NCBI GenBank assembly: GCA_963575745.1
Contig: CAUYUJ010000239.1
Location: forward strand, 1-64,000
Direction: 5' to 3'
DNA length: 64,000 bases
Source of the DNA: Prorocentrum cordatum
Taxonomy: Eukaryota
The notes beneath the pieces are model-generated. The model ran no database searches and was not told where the DNA came from. It saw nothing but the letters and a program-made list of their open reading frames with translations. Of this stretch, positions 15,661 through 29,828 are shown in pieces. Numbering within the stretch: position 1 is the first letter of the stretch; every line of letters begins with the position of its first letter. Position numbers and translations under genes: made by a program.

Positions 15661-15759
15661 AGAAGCCTCCTCCTCCTCCTTTTTCCTCTCTCTCCTCTTC
15701 GTATTAGTATTTATTTATGTATGTACTTAGCTATGAATCAAATCACGTAGCTATTTAGT

Positions 15760-16290
15760 AATTCCGATATGTATGTATGTGTGTATGTATGGATGTTTGT
15801 ACGTATGTACGTACGTACGTATGTATGTATGTATGTATGTATGTGTGTATGTATGTGTGTATGTATGTGTGCATGCATGCATGCATTGTATGTGTGTATG
15901 TATGTGTGTATGTGTGTGCATGTATGTATGTATGTATGTATGTATGTACGTATGTATTTATGTATGTATGTATGTATGTATGTATGTATGTATATATATA
16001 TACATATATGTGTGTGTACGTACGTACATATGTGTGTATGTATGTATGCATGCATGCATACATGCATGCATGTATGTATGTATGTGTGTATGTATGTATG
16101 CGTGTATGTATGTATGTGTGTATGTATGTGTGTGTGTATGTTTGTACGTCTGTATGTATGTATGTGTGTGTATGTATGTATGTATGCATGTATGTATGTA
16201 TGTATGTATGTGTGTATGCATGCATGCATGCATGTATGTATGTATGTATGTATGTATGTATGTGTGTATGTGTGTATGTATGTATGTATG
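15760..16290. repeat. (TATG)n microsatellite; degenerate AT-rich continuation at ~17050-17900
   Basis: Direct reading. Confidence 0.9.
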
Positions 16291-16599
16291 GGTTGCGTTA
16301 TGCCGTTGTTTATTATTCAGTTATTGAATTATATGTTTACGCGTTTATTTACTCATTCATTCATTCATTCATGCATGAATTCATTCATTCATGTATTTCT
16401 TGACTTCTGGATACGTATTTCCCCAATCAGAGCTTGCCTCTGTAGGGGTCCTAGCGGATACATCTGGTTTGGTTAGCTGCGCCGCAGATTTTGGCGGCCC
16501 GCCCAGGTGCCCCAGTGAGGGGTGCCCAGGTGCCCGGGAACTGCGACGCCGATTTCGGCGGCCCGCCTGGGTGCCCGGGTGCAAGGGTACCCTGGTGCC

Positions 16600-17000
16600 C
16601 CATGCCTATAGCCCTACAGCCCTATACCCCTATAGACCTACAGCCCCCCTATAGCCCTATAGCCCTATAGTCTCATGCACCAATCGCCCAATGAGCTACA
16701 GCCCTATAGCCTTACAGCCCTATAGCCCTATAGCCCTACAGCAATCTAGCCCTCTAACCCTCTAGCCTTCGAGCCCTCTAGGCCTCCAGCCCTATAGCCC
16801 TATAGCCCTACAGCAATCTAGCCCAATAGCCCTATATAGCCTTATAGCCCAATAACCCTATAGCCCTGTAGCCCTGAAGCCCTATAGCCCTGTATCCCTA
16901 TGGCTAAATAGCCCTAGCCCTATAGCCCCACAGCCCAATAGCCCTATGGCCCTCTAGCCATCTAGCCCTCTAGCACCATAGCCCTATAACCCCACAGCCC
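16600..17000. repeat. Degenerate (TATAGCCC)n 8-mer minisatellite
   Basis: Direct reading. Confidence 0.9.
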
Positions 17001-20000
17001 GAAGGAAGATCATGAGTGGGGTGTCTCTCTGGTATCACTCTGTATTTAAGTATGGTTTCATGAACGGATTGGGTTATATACTTAGTTAATTATGTACGTA
17101 TGAATTCATTGATGTATCTATGCATGTAATCAGTTATGTTTTATGTAATGTACGTTTGTGTTTTATGTGTGTAGGAATGCATGTAGGTATGTGTAAACAG
17201 GTTTCAGTTGGTTGGTATGAAGGAGCTTGTGTGTATGTACGATACAAATATGTACAGTCATCGATGGAGTGATGTAATTATTCATGTGCGCAGGTGTGTA
17301 TGTAATCACGTACCTATTTAGTTTCATGTTGTATATATATATGTGTGTAAATGTGTTTTTGAATAGTCGCTTTAAGTATTGCTTCATGTGTTGATGTTCA
17401 AGTCCTTAGTCACCTAGGTGTTCATTTACTCATAATTTACGCAGCTAATCATGTATGTATGGATGTGTGTATGTCTTCGTATACGTATTGACGTAAGTAT
17501 GTAGGTGTGCAGTTATGTACGTATGATTGCACGTATGTAATAATTTAGTTATGTTAGTAGCTACCCCTGCCTCCATCAATGTTATGTATACAGTTGTGTC
17601 CGTGTGTATGTAGTGTCTTACGTATATGGTTGTTTATGTGTTCATGCATATAGGTATGCATGTTTCGTGTATTCAATTATTGATGTAAGTGTGCCTGTGT
17701 ATGCATGTGTTTGCTTAGTTATTTATGCAGTATGAACAGCATCAGTGTTAGCATCAGTATCATCTCGCTTCGCATTACTAATGTTAGTGTTGTTCGTATT
17801 CGTAGTATGTCCTTTTGTGAACTGTCTGATTACTAGTATATGTAATATTCGCCGTGTTGCTACTACTGTTAGTGTTCAATGTGCTGTTACTGTTATTAAT
17901 CATGTTCTTAGTCTTTCAGATTTCAATAATGGTAGATTGTCGTGTTCCCCGAAGGGCTTCCACAACGGCTGGGGGGACTAATAGTCCGATAGATTGACCG
18001 AGCCATGGCCACAAAGTTCGGCCACATATGCGCTTCCAAAAAGACAAGGGGCGGCAATAATTCGCCGTAGGCGCTTCCGATCCAAGTTGTACTTCCTTCT
18101 CTAAGGAGCCCCCAATGGGTCTCGGCCCAACCTGGCGGCCACCCCAAAAGTCTGGGAAAATTCGGTCTCCATTGGCCCCATCGCGTCCAATACGGTCAAG
18201 ATGGCTCCAGATGGCCTCCAAGATGCAAGACGGCCCCAAGATGGCGTCAAAGACGGTCCAAACATGCCTCCAAAACCGCCAAGATGTTTCAAGAGGACCC
18301 AAGACGGCCTTAAGTTATTGAAGGGTTCTGGCGGTTGCTTCTAAACGGCCTTCCGACGGCCCAAGACGACCAAAGGTGCCCCCCAGAATGCCTCAAGATC
18401 GCCCAAGAAACCTCCAAGATGGTCCCAGGACGGCTCAAGAGGCTCCCAAGACGGACGGCCCATGAGGCCTCCAAGACGCCCAAGATGGCCTCCAGGACGG
18501 CCCTGAAGCGCCCCAAAAGGACCGCAAGATGGCCCAGAGAGGCTCACAAGACAGCTTCCGACGGCGTCAGACGGGCCAGGAAACGCCATAAGACCGCCAA
18601 AGGGGCCCCCAAGAAGCGCCCGAAGGCCCCCAAAAGGCCCAAGGAGGCACCCAAGAGGCCTCCAAGGCCCCTGGAAGCTCCCAGGAGGCCCCAAGAATGA
18701 CCCAAGAAGACCAAAACAGGTCTCCTCATCCTTCTCTTCATGCTCCTTTTTCCTCCCTCTGCTCCTCCTCCTCTTCCTCCCCCAAATGCTCCCCGAAGGG
18801 CTTCCGCAACGACTGGGGGAACGCATGGTCCACTAGCGTGGCCAAGCTTTACCCAAAGGTTTGGCGCCACACATACGAGATAAACGAACTGTCATCGCCG
18901 CAGAGGGCGACCCAAAGATGGGCGACAAGCGTGCGCGAGCACGCTGGCCCTTCGGGAAGGACCTGGTAAAATCAGCGCGGTGCATTCACCACTCAAATCC
19001 ATGAGAAGTTCACGAACTCATCTTCGTGCTTGTCCCAAGCGGCGGTCGTGGCCGCATAGGTCCATTGGTCCCACTGTTTAACAGTTGCGAACACGACCAA
19101 TTCGGCTTCCCATCTGCGAAATCTTCCTGGCCGATATCTCACCGGCCGCGAACGTGAATGTTTATCTTGGTGGCTCCACCATTCCTCAGAGGCAAGGGGC
19201 GGCGGTGATTCGCCGTAGGCATCTTCGCTCCAAACACATAAGACAGACAGATAGACAAGACGGACGGAAGGAAGACTTGCACGCACGAGTTGGGCCCATC
19301 GCAAGATACGCACCCAATAAGGGTTGCTGGACACGCGGTGGAAGAGCAGACCGGGGGGGAACGGAAAGAGGGAGCGGAGAGATAGAAGAAGGGCAGGCGG
19401 CAAGCTGAATGCGCTCGCGCCAAACCTGACATCCCACCCCTCCCACACCTCACCTCTCACCCACCCCTCCGCCGAAAGGTGCCGTAGTGGGCGTGGACCC
19501 ACCCCAAAGATCCCGCAGTGTTATCCGCATTCAGAAAAGGAGGAACGATGCACATTGGAGGAGGAGGGGATGGCGGATGAGCAAGAAAATGAGCAGGAGG
19601 AAGAGAAAGAGGACGTGGAAGACGGAAAACTATGAGGAGCAGCAGCAGCAGCAGGAGCACGAGTAGCGGGAGGAGCGGGAGAACCAGGGAAAGCAGGAGG
19701 AGGGGAAAGAAGCGGGGCGACATTGACGAGGCAAGACTCGGATCCAGAATTGTGGTTCGCGACGGGGCTAGAATGTCATTCTGAACGACGGAAAAAAGCG
19801 TCGATCCGATAATTGGACCAACGCTGCAGCGACAGCACCATTTGAAACACCGAAAGACAAAAACACATGCTAGAATCCCTCCCCCCGCTAAACAACAACA
19901 TGCAGGAGAAAAGCTGCACCACACGGGCCGGATCTGGAGAGTGAGGACATATGAGCGATTCCGGGACTGCCCTAAAGGGGGCCCAAGACGGCCAAAGATC

Positions 20001-21480
20001 GCCCCACGAGGGCCCGAAGAGAGGCCAAGAGGAAGAACACGAACCGAAAATCATATCTTTCCGCCCCGAGAGGCCCCCAGAAGCCCCTAGAAGCCCCCAA
20101 GCGGCCCAAAAGAGCCCCCAATAAGCCTCACGAGGCCCGCAAGAGGCCCAAAAGAGGCCCCAGAACGGCCCCCAAGACGCTTCTCTAACAGGCTCAGCCA
20201 CGCCCCTAAACAGTTCCCAAGACGCCGACGAGTCCCCAAATAGCGCCCAAGAAGCACACGACACGTCAACCGTAGACTCCCCGCCTCTTCTGGTGGTCGG
20301 CGGAAAGGCGGAAGCCTCTTGAATATCTGTATTGAGCAATTGTAAAGGAGGCAGAGAGGGAGAGGAGAAGAAAGGGAGAGGGGGAGAAGCGAGGGAAGAG
20401 TAGAATGGAGCGGGGCGAAATAGGGATGGGCGAAAAAGAGAACACACAAGCGGAGAGGAAAGGGGAAGAGGGGGAAGCGGGGACATGGGGAGGACAGTGG
20501 GGACGAGGAGGGGATGGGGGAGATGTAAAGCGGGTTTGGAGAGAGAGCGGTAAAGAGAAAGAGAGTGTGTGTGCGTACGGGCATGTGCGGCGAGTGAGGC
20601 GGAAAGAAGGGTAAGGAGGGAGAGAGAAAGACGAGAACTGTTGGAGGAAAGGGGGGGCGGGACGAGAAGGAGAAAGAAAGAGAGAGAGAGAGAAGAAAAA
20701 AAAATGGACGGAGGCACAGAATCCTGTCTCGTCCTTATCTTCCACGCCCCCTTCCACCTCCAGCTGTTCATCATCACCCTCTCCCCACTACTCCGACTGC
20801 TCCTCTGCATCCTGCGTCTGTTACGTTTCCTCCACCTCCACCTCCTCCTCCTCCTCCTCCTTCTCCTCCTCCTCCTCTTCCTCCTCCTCCTCCTCCTCAT
20901 TATCCTCCTCATTTTCCTCCTCCTCCTCCTCCTCCTCCTCCTCCTCCTCCTCCTCCTGTTCCTTTTCCTTTTCCTTTTCCTTCTCCCCCTCATCATTGAC
21001 CTCGTTTTCCGCACCGTTCTCCGACTGACATGCTTGCACTCGTCGTTTCGTCGCTTCCCTCCGTTTTGCCAAAGAAATCCTGCGGATTGCGCATCGCCAA
21101 CCACGACTTGCCAGGGTCCACGGCGTCATCCTGAAGGGCAGCCTCAAGCACGGTGGCGAAGAGATTCGCGCCCTTTTCTGGGGGGGGGCGAGCACAAGAA
21201 GGAAAGGAAAAGAAGGACGAGGAAAAGGAGGACGAGGACGAGGAGGAGGGGAAGGAGAAGGAGGAGGAGGAGAAAACAGAGGAGGTCGAATCCCCGGGCC
21301 CCTTGGGGCCAACAAGCTGTGTGGCATCCCTCTTCCCTGCACAAGTTCTGGCGTGAACGTTTCCAGCGTTCGAACTGCAGGCTGTCTGGCTCAAGCAGCT
21401 TTGCCTCGTGGCAGAACACACGAGGACGCCAGGCCGAAACCCGCCCCACTGCGCACAGGACACCCCAGAATACAACATAT

Positions 21481-21668
21481 TCGCGTTCCCGAAACCAGAA
21501 GCCCTCCTAATGTACGACGCGAACCCGCCCGCGAGACCAGAGTCCCCCATACATTACGACACGCTCGCGCCCCCGAAGCCACACACGCTTGTAGTGCTGG
21601 AAAAAGCTCGCGTTCCCGAACCCACAGCCCATTACAAATTACATCGCGTTCGCCCACCCGAAGCCCTT
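21481..21668 (+). repeat. Five degenerate copies of a 42-bp unit, core TCGCG(T/C)(T/C)CCCGAA-CCA
   Basis: Cores start at 21481, 21523, 21565, 21608 and 21650. Confidence 0.65.
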
Positions 21669-22756
21669 TGCGCGCGCCCCCCTACCCCCGACGCGAAGAG
21701 AGGGGTTGAGGGGCCGCTCTTTCTTGAGCAACAAAGAGCTGCAGGATGCCGGGTCTCCGCCCGAGCAGTCGACTTAAAATTTGGCATAAACCTAGTTACA
21801 AGCACGCCCACCAACCAAATATTCCTATCTTAATAATCTCACACCAGGAAACTGACACCGAAGGGTCCCACCCACCCCCAATAGGATTTGGCGGCCCACT
21901 GGAGACTCCTGGACCGCCACGGGGGCCTCCCGGACCTCGACTTCGGCCCCCCAGACCCCCTTGATGGCTTCGAGCAATTGCCGAGACGGCCCAAAAACGC
22001 TCCAAGACGGCTCAAGATAACCTCAAGACGGCCCCATGGGCAGCCAACGAGCCCACAAGGGCTTCAAGCGCCCCCCGAACAGCCCCCCGAGAGGCTGAGA
22101 TCGATCAAGAACCTATAGGAAATTGATAATTTCCGCCTTCTAACTTGATCGCCTCTTATCAGCCTCCGCGGCCTCAATGCGGCATCCAAGAAGCCCCCAA
22201 AGAGGCCCAAAAGGTCCCCAACAGGCCCCAAGAAGCCCCCAAAGGCCCCCAAGAACACCTGCAAGGATTCCAGAAGGCTCTGCAAATACCCCCCAAAGCC
22301 CCCAAGAGGCCCCCAAAAGGCTCCCAAGAGGCCCCAAGAGGTCCCCTGGAACGCCCCGAAGCCCCGTAAAGGCCCCCAAAGCCCCCCTACATATTGCAAG
22401 AGGCCCCAGTGCCACTCCGAACCACCCCCGAACTCCCACAAAAGCCTACCAGCTCTCCTTCCTGCTCTTCCTAACCGCCTCTCCCGAACGCTACCTCGCA
22501 CCGCGAATCCCAGACGGACTTCCACCTCCAAAATACCACAAGCGCCCCAACATGTTCATCTAGCCTTCATACTCAAATGGTGGTCCGTATCCTTCCGAGA
22601 CCGTCTTCAGAGCCTACCGGCTCTCCTCTTTCCCTTCTTACCACCCCTGCCCATTCCCTCCCACCTCCCCACGCCGCTCCCCCGCGCTCTCCATGGTCCC
22701 TCCTGCCATGCCGGCCGCTGCTGCAGGCTCAAGCCTTATCGCGTGACGGCCGTCAA

Positions 22757-25700
22757 ATGCCACCGAAGCGCTCAACCTTGACTTGCACGCAATGCCATCG
22801 ATGCTTGGACACGTCTGCCTTTTCGGCCACGCAGTTGCACTCTTCATCTCGGACAGCCCGATGCAAGGAGTGCTGCTCCACCGCTAATGCCCCTGTACTT
22901 CTGCGACCCTGCGCCAGCTGCGGGACAGAGCTCGCGCAGGCTGAGTACGCGCCGGACCAGTGGCGACGAAGTGCCCGCAAATGTTTGACCTGCACAAGAG
23001 CCGCGCTTCAGCGTAGCGGGGCACTTAGACAGCATACCGACATCGTCTGCTCCAGGTGCGGCGTCTGCTGGCCCACCGACATGTTTCCACGGCGGGCCCC
23101 GAAGCGGGTTGGCCCAGTTTGCTTCAACTGTGCCGCGCCCGCCCCCGACGGCGGCCGCCCACCGTCGACCCTCGCCTCCATTTCTTTGGGGGACATGTCC
23201 ACCCAATGCGACCACTGCGGCGCACTTTTGTTCAACTCGGAGTCAAAAACGTTCTGTTGTAATGCCGGGAAGTACTTCGTCAACTTTGACACCTATTTCC
23301 AATGCCCCGACAAACCCCTCTGCGACATCTTCGCCTCCCACTGGCCGCTCACAGACGACCGCGGAGACAAGATGCACGACACCACCACCAACGAGCTTCG
23401 GTGCACTGGCTTCACGGCGCAGCCCAGGCGGTACAACAGCCTCTTCGCCCTCGCACAACACGAAATCCAGCGCAGCACTGGAGACAAAGAGCTTCGATTC
23501 GGAGACGCCCGCCGGCCAGCAAACATCCGTATCCATGGGACGATTTACCGACGCGCATTCTCTATGGCTGACCAGGTCCCTCTGCGATACCTGGTGCACG
23601 ATCCGTAAGACCGCTTCGTCACCGCCGCGGCGCACGGCCTCAACAAGCAGACCACCAAACAACTCGAACAGCTCATAGTGCCGAGAAATGCCCACATGCG
23701 TATGATTCAGCGTTTGGCCCGCCAGTCCAAACAAGCAGCAGACGCGAATATCATCTTGGAGTGGCACGAAGGAGTCAACGAAGTGGCTGGAATACTGGAC
23801 GTCGACCCCACCCCTGACCGCAACAAAAGGTCCATCGTCTTCACATACAAGCTCCACGACACGCCGTCCTACTTGCACCCGCTGAGCCCGTTTCACGAAC
23901 CCTTGAGTTACCCCCTGTGGTACCCGTTAGGCGGCCGCGGCTGGAGCACAGACGTCATCAGCGCCACCGGCCACAAGGTAACACAAATGTGGTGGCATCG
24001 CCAACAATTGCTCCGACTCCCCCACATGCACCTTTGCGGACGGCTGCTCAACGAGTGGCTCATCAACATGTTCACGCGCATGGAAGACGAGAGGTTCTCC
24101 CACATCCGTCATCAACAACGACAGCGTAGCGCCACTCGCCAGGAGCTCTGCGAGGTGCTCGCCAACGACCCCGCCAAGGCCGGAACGGTTGGCAAACAGT
24201 ACGTTCTGCCATCGAGCGTCCCAGGATCACCTCGCCATCTTCGCCGACTGCGCGCTGACGCCCTGGAGCTGGCGCGACGCAAAGGCCCGCCGTCGTTCTT
24301 CATCACGTTGACTTGCAACCCCTACTGGCCAGAGATTGTGGGTCAACTGCACCGCGGACAAACCGCCGCCGACAGACCCGACATCGTCGTCCGCGTCTTT
24401 CACGACCGGCTGCAGAAGATCGTCGCTTTCTTGAAGGATTCTTTCTGCGGGGCTCGCCGTTACCTCATCAAAGTGATCGAGTACCAGCTCCGCGGCCTTC
24501 CACATGCGCACATCGCTCTGGCTGTCCTCAACCCGCCCGCCACTCCGGACGAGGTCGACCTTCTCATCTCCTGCGAGCTACCCCGCGAAGACGGACGACT
24601 CCGCGAACTCGTCCTTCGCCACATGGTCCACAGCTGCAACCATTCTTGCCACCCTCAAGACCCCGCTCAAGACTGCGTGAAAGGATGCCCCTGGCCGTTT
24701 CCGGACGACAGGGTCTTCGACGCGCGCGGCTACCCCCACCACCGGCGGCGACCATGCGGCGGCCACTGCCCGAATTGCCGATCTGGCCAGGCCATGTACG
24801 GGAAACACGACGTCTGCCTCAATCGGCTCATCGTCGAATACAGCCCCGTGGTGCTTCAACTCTGGGAGGGGCACGCCAACGTCAAGTACGCAGCGACGGT
24901 GGAACTCTTCGAATACCTATACAAATATTTGTTCAAAGGCCCTTCCAAGACGAACTACGACGTCACGCTAGATGCGAAGGTTGCCGACGAGATTTCCGAG
25001 TGGCTCAAAAGCAGATATCTGTGCGCAACGGAGGCAGCATGGCGCATGTTCGGATACAACACCTACGACAGATGGCCGCACGTCGTCTGCTTGCCCGTGC
25101 ACCTGCCCGGACAACAATGGATTGTTTTCGCGGAAGGAGAGGAGGCCAATGCGCTTGAAGCCCACGTGTCACCACTTCAACGGTACTTCTACCGACCCGC
25201 GGGTCCACCGTTCGACGCATTGGCCTACCACGAGTACTTTGAAACCTACATGACGTCCCCATCGTGCCCATCGCAGGCCGCTGCCGTGTTGGACCGCGCC
25301 CCTCCGCCAAAACAGTTCTTCGTGTACCCGAGGCTGCGTGGCGAGCCCCCGTTGTGCCGCCTCGAGATGAAGTTCCCGAAGCAAGGCGACGTCTTCTACC
25401 TCCGACACATCCTGCTGAACTTCCCCAAGGCGTCCTTTGCCGATTGCAGGACGCACAACGGCAAGGTGTATCCTACTTACGAGGAGACGCTACGGGCCAC
25501 GGGCCAATTCGTCCGCGACGACGAAGCCCACGCCGTGCTCGACGAGCTCATTGCGCTCCGGTACACTGCAGCCCAACCTCGCTTCGCGTTCCTGGTTCTA
25601 CTCGAACAAGATGCCGCCCCCGTGTCTCTCTACCGCAAGTACGAACGACCGCGTATGAAGGACTTCCTGGACCGAGGTCTCGGCGTCCGCGCCGCCCAGA

Positions 25701-27320
25701 AAAATCCCCTGGCCCTGCTGCGAGCCACCTGGCTGCAGAACGGCAACAGCGACGAAAATTGGAAGCTGGGCGAGATCACTGACGGGGCTCCCGCCGACGC
25801 TACCGCAGGGCCCCCCTCAGATACTACAACGCCTACCCCCACCCCGACGACCGCTCTGCTCGCCCGCATTCGCCAATGCCCCGGGCAACGCACAGCTTAC
25901 GACCACATTCTCACTTGCTGCCACCGGCGTCGCGAAGCCTTCGTGTTTGTGGAAGGCCGCGCGGGCACAGGGAAGACTACGTTGGCTACCTGCCTCACGC
26001 AAGCTCTCGAAGCCGATGGGCACCAGGTACTCAACGTGGCTACCACGGGGCAGGCCGCCCTCTTGCAGCCTCACGGCACCACGGCACATTCCGCCTTCGC
26101 CATTCCAGCGCACGACGACGCCGAATTCACGTGCTCTTTATCAATGACGTCGGCCCAAGCCATTACAATATGCAAGGCCACTTTGATCCAGTGGGATGAA
26201 TTCCCTTCTGCAAGAAAAGCAGCGTAGGACGCCGTTATTGCATTGCTGCGCGCACTCGCCGATCGTTACCCGGACACATACGTCCCGAAGACCTTCGTCG
26301 GATACGGGGACTGCAAGCAAATCCCACCAGTCGTCCCCAAAGGGACTCGGCAATCCATCGTCTCCAGCAGCGTCCGCTCCTCAGCTTCATGGCCCCAGTT
26401 CGCCATTTTCACGTTGGACCGAGTGCACCGCCAGGCAGACGATCGGCATTTCGCAGCATGGCTGGACACCATCGGCCCCGGTGACGCGCCGACGATAACC
26501 AACCACAGGCAGCCCTGGCAACTTCAAGCTGCACGACATCGCCACCGCCCCATCCGAAGACGACGCCCTCAAGTACTGCTTCCCCGCGCCGAATGACCCG
26601 CACCAGTGCGCCGAATCCAAAGTTCTCGCCGTCCTCAATTCTCTCGTGGACGCCTACAACGAACGCATGCTGAACCTGCTGGCGCGCACCTACCAGTGCC
26701 CTTCGCATCGTGCCCTCAGCGCGGACACGCTCGACATCGATGCCGCGGGAGCAGTTGAACAACACATCACCGCCGAATTCCTCAACCTCCAGACCTCCCC
26801 CGGCGCTCCCCCCCACTGTCTGCACCTCGTGGAAGGGGCCCTCTACGAACTGATGCGGAACTTCAACCCAAAAGACCGCCTCATGAACAGGGTCCCCGTG
26901 ATACTTCGCAAAGTCCACACTCACCACGTGCTGATAGAGACCCTCGACGGTCGGGCATTCCCCCTCCCACGGATCACGTTTCGATGGCAGATCGTCAACG
27001 GCACTTCCACGATGGCTCGTCGACAGTACCCTTTACGACCAGCTTATGCATCCACCTACAACTCTGCACAAGGACGTACCCTATCCAGCATGGTGCTGGA
27101 CGTGCGCCACAACCCGTTCAGCCACGGCCACCTGTATGCCGCCCTCACCCGGGCGCGGCACCGCTCTGATATTCGTGCGCTCGCTTCGCCCGACCACGTG
27201 GACACAGACGGCTGGGCCATCGTGAAGAACATTGTTTGGCCTGAGCTGTTGTTGGCCGTACCCACGAAGAGTTCCAGGCGACCTCGCCCAGCCATGAAGA
27301 GGCCTGCGTCCTCCCGCTGA
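22757..27320 (+). pseudogene. Helitron RepHel transposase (HUH Y2 Rep plus Pif1 SF1B helicase), disrupted by two in-frame stops (23606-23608, 26225-26227) and a frameshift near 26500
   Basis: Zn finger LGDMSTQCDHCGALLF..FCCNAGK; Rep motifs FFITLTCNPYWPEI, VIEYQLRGLPHAHI, YLYKYLFKG; helicase motifs EGRAGTGKTT, ATTGQAA, TAHSAF, IQWDEF, GDCKQIPPV, RRQYPLRPAYASTYNSAQGRTL, FSHGHLYAALTR. Likely start MPPKRS at 22757. Confidence 0.95.
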
Positions 27321-27939
27321 CCAGAGGACCAGAGGCCCTCGTGTTTCGACTCGTCTCACCCCGCGCGCAGCCCACAAACGCAGATTTCTCGTCCTCGTCC
27401 TCGTCATCGTCTTCTCCCTCCCCATCTCTCCTGTCATTCTCCCTTCCGCCGTCGCCCCCGCAACCTTCCCCCCCCCTCCGTCTTCGACGCGTCGTTTCTC
27501 CAGGGCCCCCGCGAACCTCCCCAAACTCCTAGGAGACCCCAACCGGCCCCCAACGCACGCCACCAATCCCCGAGCACCCCGGCACCCCGATGGGTCCCCA
27601 CGAAACACCATGAGGCTCCCAGCGGCCCGCAAATGCCCCCAAGCCCGCGAAAGCCCCAAGAGACAATACTAGAAAGCCCCCGTCACCCCCCCAACCCCCG
27701 CACCCACATAGAATACGCTGGTCACGATTCCTTCTCCTCCTCCTCCTCCCCCCCCTCCACTTCCCCCCCCTTCCCGCGGTGCTTGCCTGCAACGGTGACC
27801 CGCCACGCGGCTTCCAGCGAACGGGATCGGCCAAGGCTGGATCAAACAGTGCGTGTGTGGTATTTAACGTGCCCGTTCGGCATCGTGGAACCCATCGCGT
27901 GCTTTGGGGCCTCTCCGTCATCTGCTCCTCGCCTTCGGC

Positions 27940-29290
27940 GGCGGGGACACACATACATTCACCAGCCAGATTTCCAGGGACAGCTTCCGGGGAGATTATA
28001 CCAGTTGGCTTACGCCATTCCGCTGACACCCAGAAGGAGTGGAACCTTGCGACGGCCGTGGAATTCCCTGATAGCCTTCAACCTCACCCTTGCCACCGTG
28101 CCTGGGCTATCGGTCGGGAACTCTTCACTTCATATGAGGGTCTCTTGAGGTGCCCCGGAGGGTGCTCCTGAACAGCTCCTGGGGCCATCTGGCAAGTGTC
28201 TTGCGTCCTCTTCGAGGTTCTGGGGCCTTCTCGGGGCTCTTCGGCCGTTTTGGAGGCCTTTTGAATCCCTCCTTGCTCACCAGTCTGTGTGCGTATCCCT
28301 CGCAACGTCCACGCACCCAGATCCATGCACCACACCTGCATGCATATATGAGCACATCAGCCGCCATTTGCGGCGACAGCTTCCGGGGAGATTATACTAT
28401 TTGGCTTCCGTCGTTCCGCCGACCTTCAGAAGGATTTCAGGACTTGCGACGATGATGGAAATCATATGGTGGCACTCGGCCAAACCCGCACGAGCGTCGC
28501 TGGCCTCATGGTCAAGACCTTTCTGATGAACATGAGGGTCTGTTGAGATACCTCCGAGGGGTCTCTGGGACATACCGTCGCTACGTCCACCACGCAGTTC
28601 GATGCTACAAACATGCATGCACACATGTATTCATCAGCCAGACTTCCAGGGACAGCTTCCAGGGAGATTATACCCACTGGCTTACGCCATTCCGCTGACA
28701 CCCCGAAGAGTGAGCCCTTGCTACGCCGCAGAACTTACCCGGTGGCCTTCGGCGAAACCCTTGCCACCGTGCCTGGGCTGTCGGTCAGGAACCTCTTGAA
28801 TTAATATCAGGGTCTCTTGGGATACCTCGGCGGCCCTCCTGGAGAGCTCTCGGGGCCATCTGGCAAGTGTCTTGCGCCCTCTTGGAGGCTCCGGGGCCTT
28901 CAGGGCTCGCTGGGGCCGTCTCGGAAGCCTCTTCGGACCCTTCCCTGCTCACCAGTCTGTCTGCATATCTCTCTCAACGTCCACGCACACAGATGCCTGC
29001 ACCACACGTGCATGCACACATACACACGTCAATCGGCATTCGCGGGGACAGCTTCCGGGAAGATTATACGATTTGGCTTACGCCCCGCCGACCTCCAGAA
29101 GGATTAAGACCTTGCGACGATGGTTGAAATTATCTGGTGGCGCTCGGCCACCCCCGCGCCACCGTGCCTAGGCTGTTGGTCAGGACCTTCTCAATGAACA
29201 TGGCGGTCTGTTGGGGTGCCTCAGAAGGGCTCTTGGAGGCATCTCGGAGCTTCGTTGCGGCCTCTGAGAGCCTCCCGTGCCTCTGGGGAG
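27940..29290 (+). repeat. Diverged 2 x 672-bp tandem duplication, each copy built of related 396- and 276-bp subunits
   Basis: GACAGCTTCC(G/A)GG(G/A)AGATTATA anchors at 27978, 28374, 28650 and 29046, with homologous flanks. Confidence 0.8.
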
Positions 29291-29806
29291 CTTCTCGAGT
29301 CTGTCTTCGAGACCTCTTCTAACCTCTACACCGCGCATCGGGGGCCCCTGCGGGGCCATTCGGATCATCATCGGGAGAGACGCTCGAAACGACAGGTCGC
29401 CCCGACCTCGACGCCCGAAACGACACCCGCAACGTCCCTACGGACGCCTTAATACGAACAACGCGCAACAACGAAACATACACGTTCAAAGATTATGTTT
29501 TCACACGCGCGTGGATCTCTGCCTGCGCCGACGAGTGCAACCTGTTTGTTCGAAGCCCCCATCGCTGACACGTGCGTCGGTCCCTGCCAGCGCCGACGAG
29601 TGCAACCCCTTTGTTCGAAGGCCCATTCTCTGGACAGCTTCCGGGCTAATTACTTGCCTTCCCCTGCCTTACGACCGTCGGCCCATCTGGAGTCGGTATT
29701 TGACAGCCCCGAGCCCAACATCAGCCACCAAAGGACGAACATGTAACAATGAACATCGTCGCGGTGTGTCCACCAGACGCCTGTGCCCATTCCCCCCTCA
29801 TGATTC

Positions 29807-29828
29807 TCCGTAGCCATTTTTGCTCAGG
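29807..29828 (+). promoter_or_regulatory. Relic dinoflagellate spliced leader (DinoSL)
   Basis: TCCGTAGCCATTTTTGCTCAGG versus DCCGTAGCCATTTTGGCTCAAG: 20 of 22 match; 43 nt upstream of ATG 29872. Confidence 0.9.

Noticed and set aside
16600..17000. Telomere-like repeat
   Set aside because: TATAGCCC/GGGCTATA is not TTTAGGG and the array is degenerate and internal.
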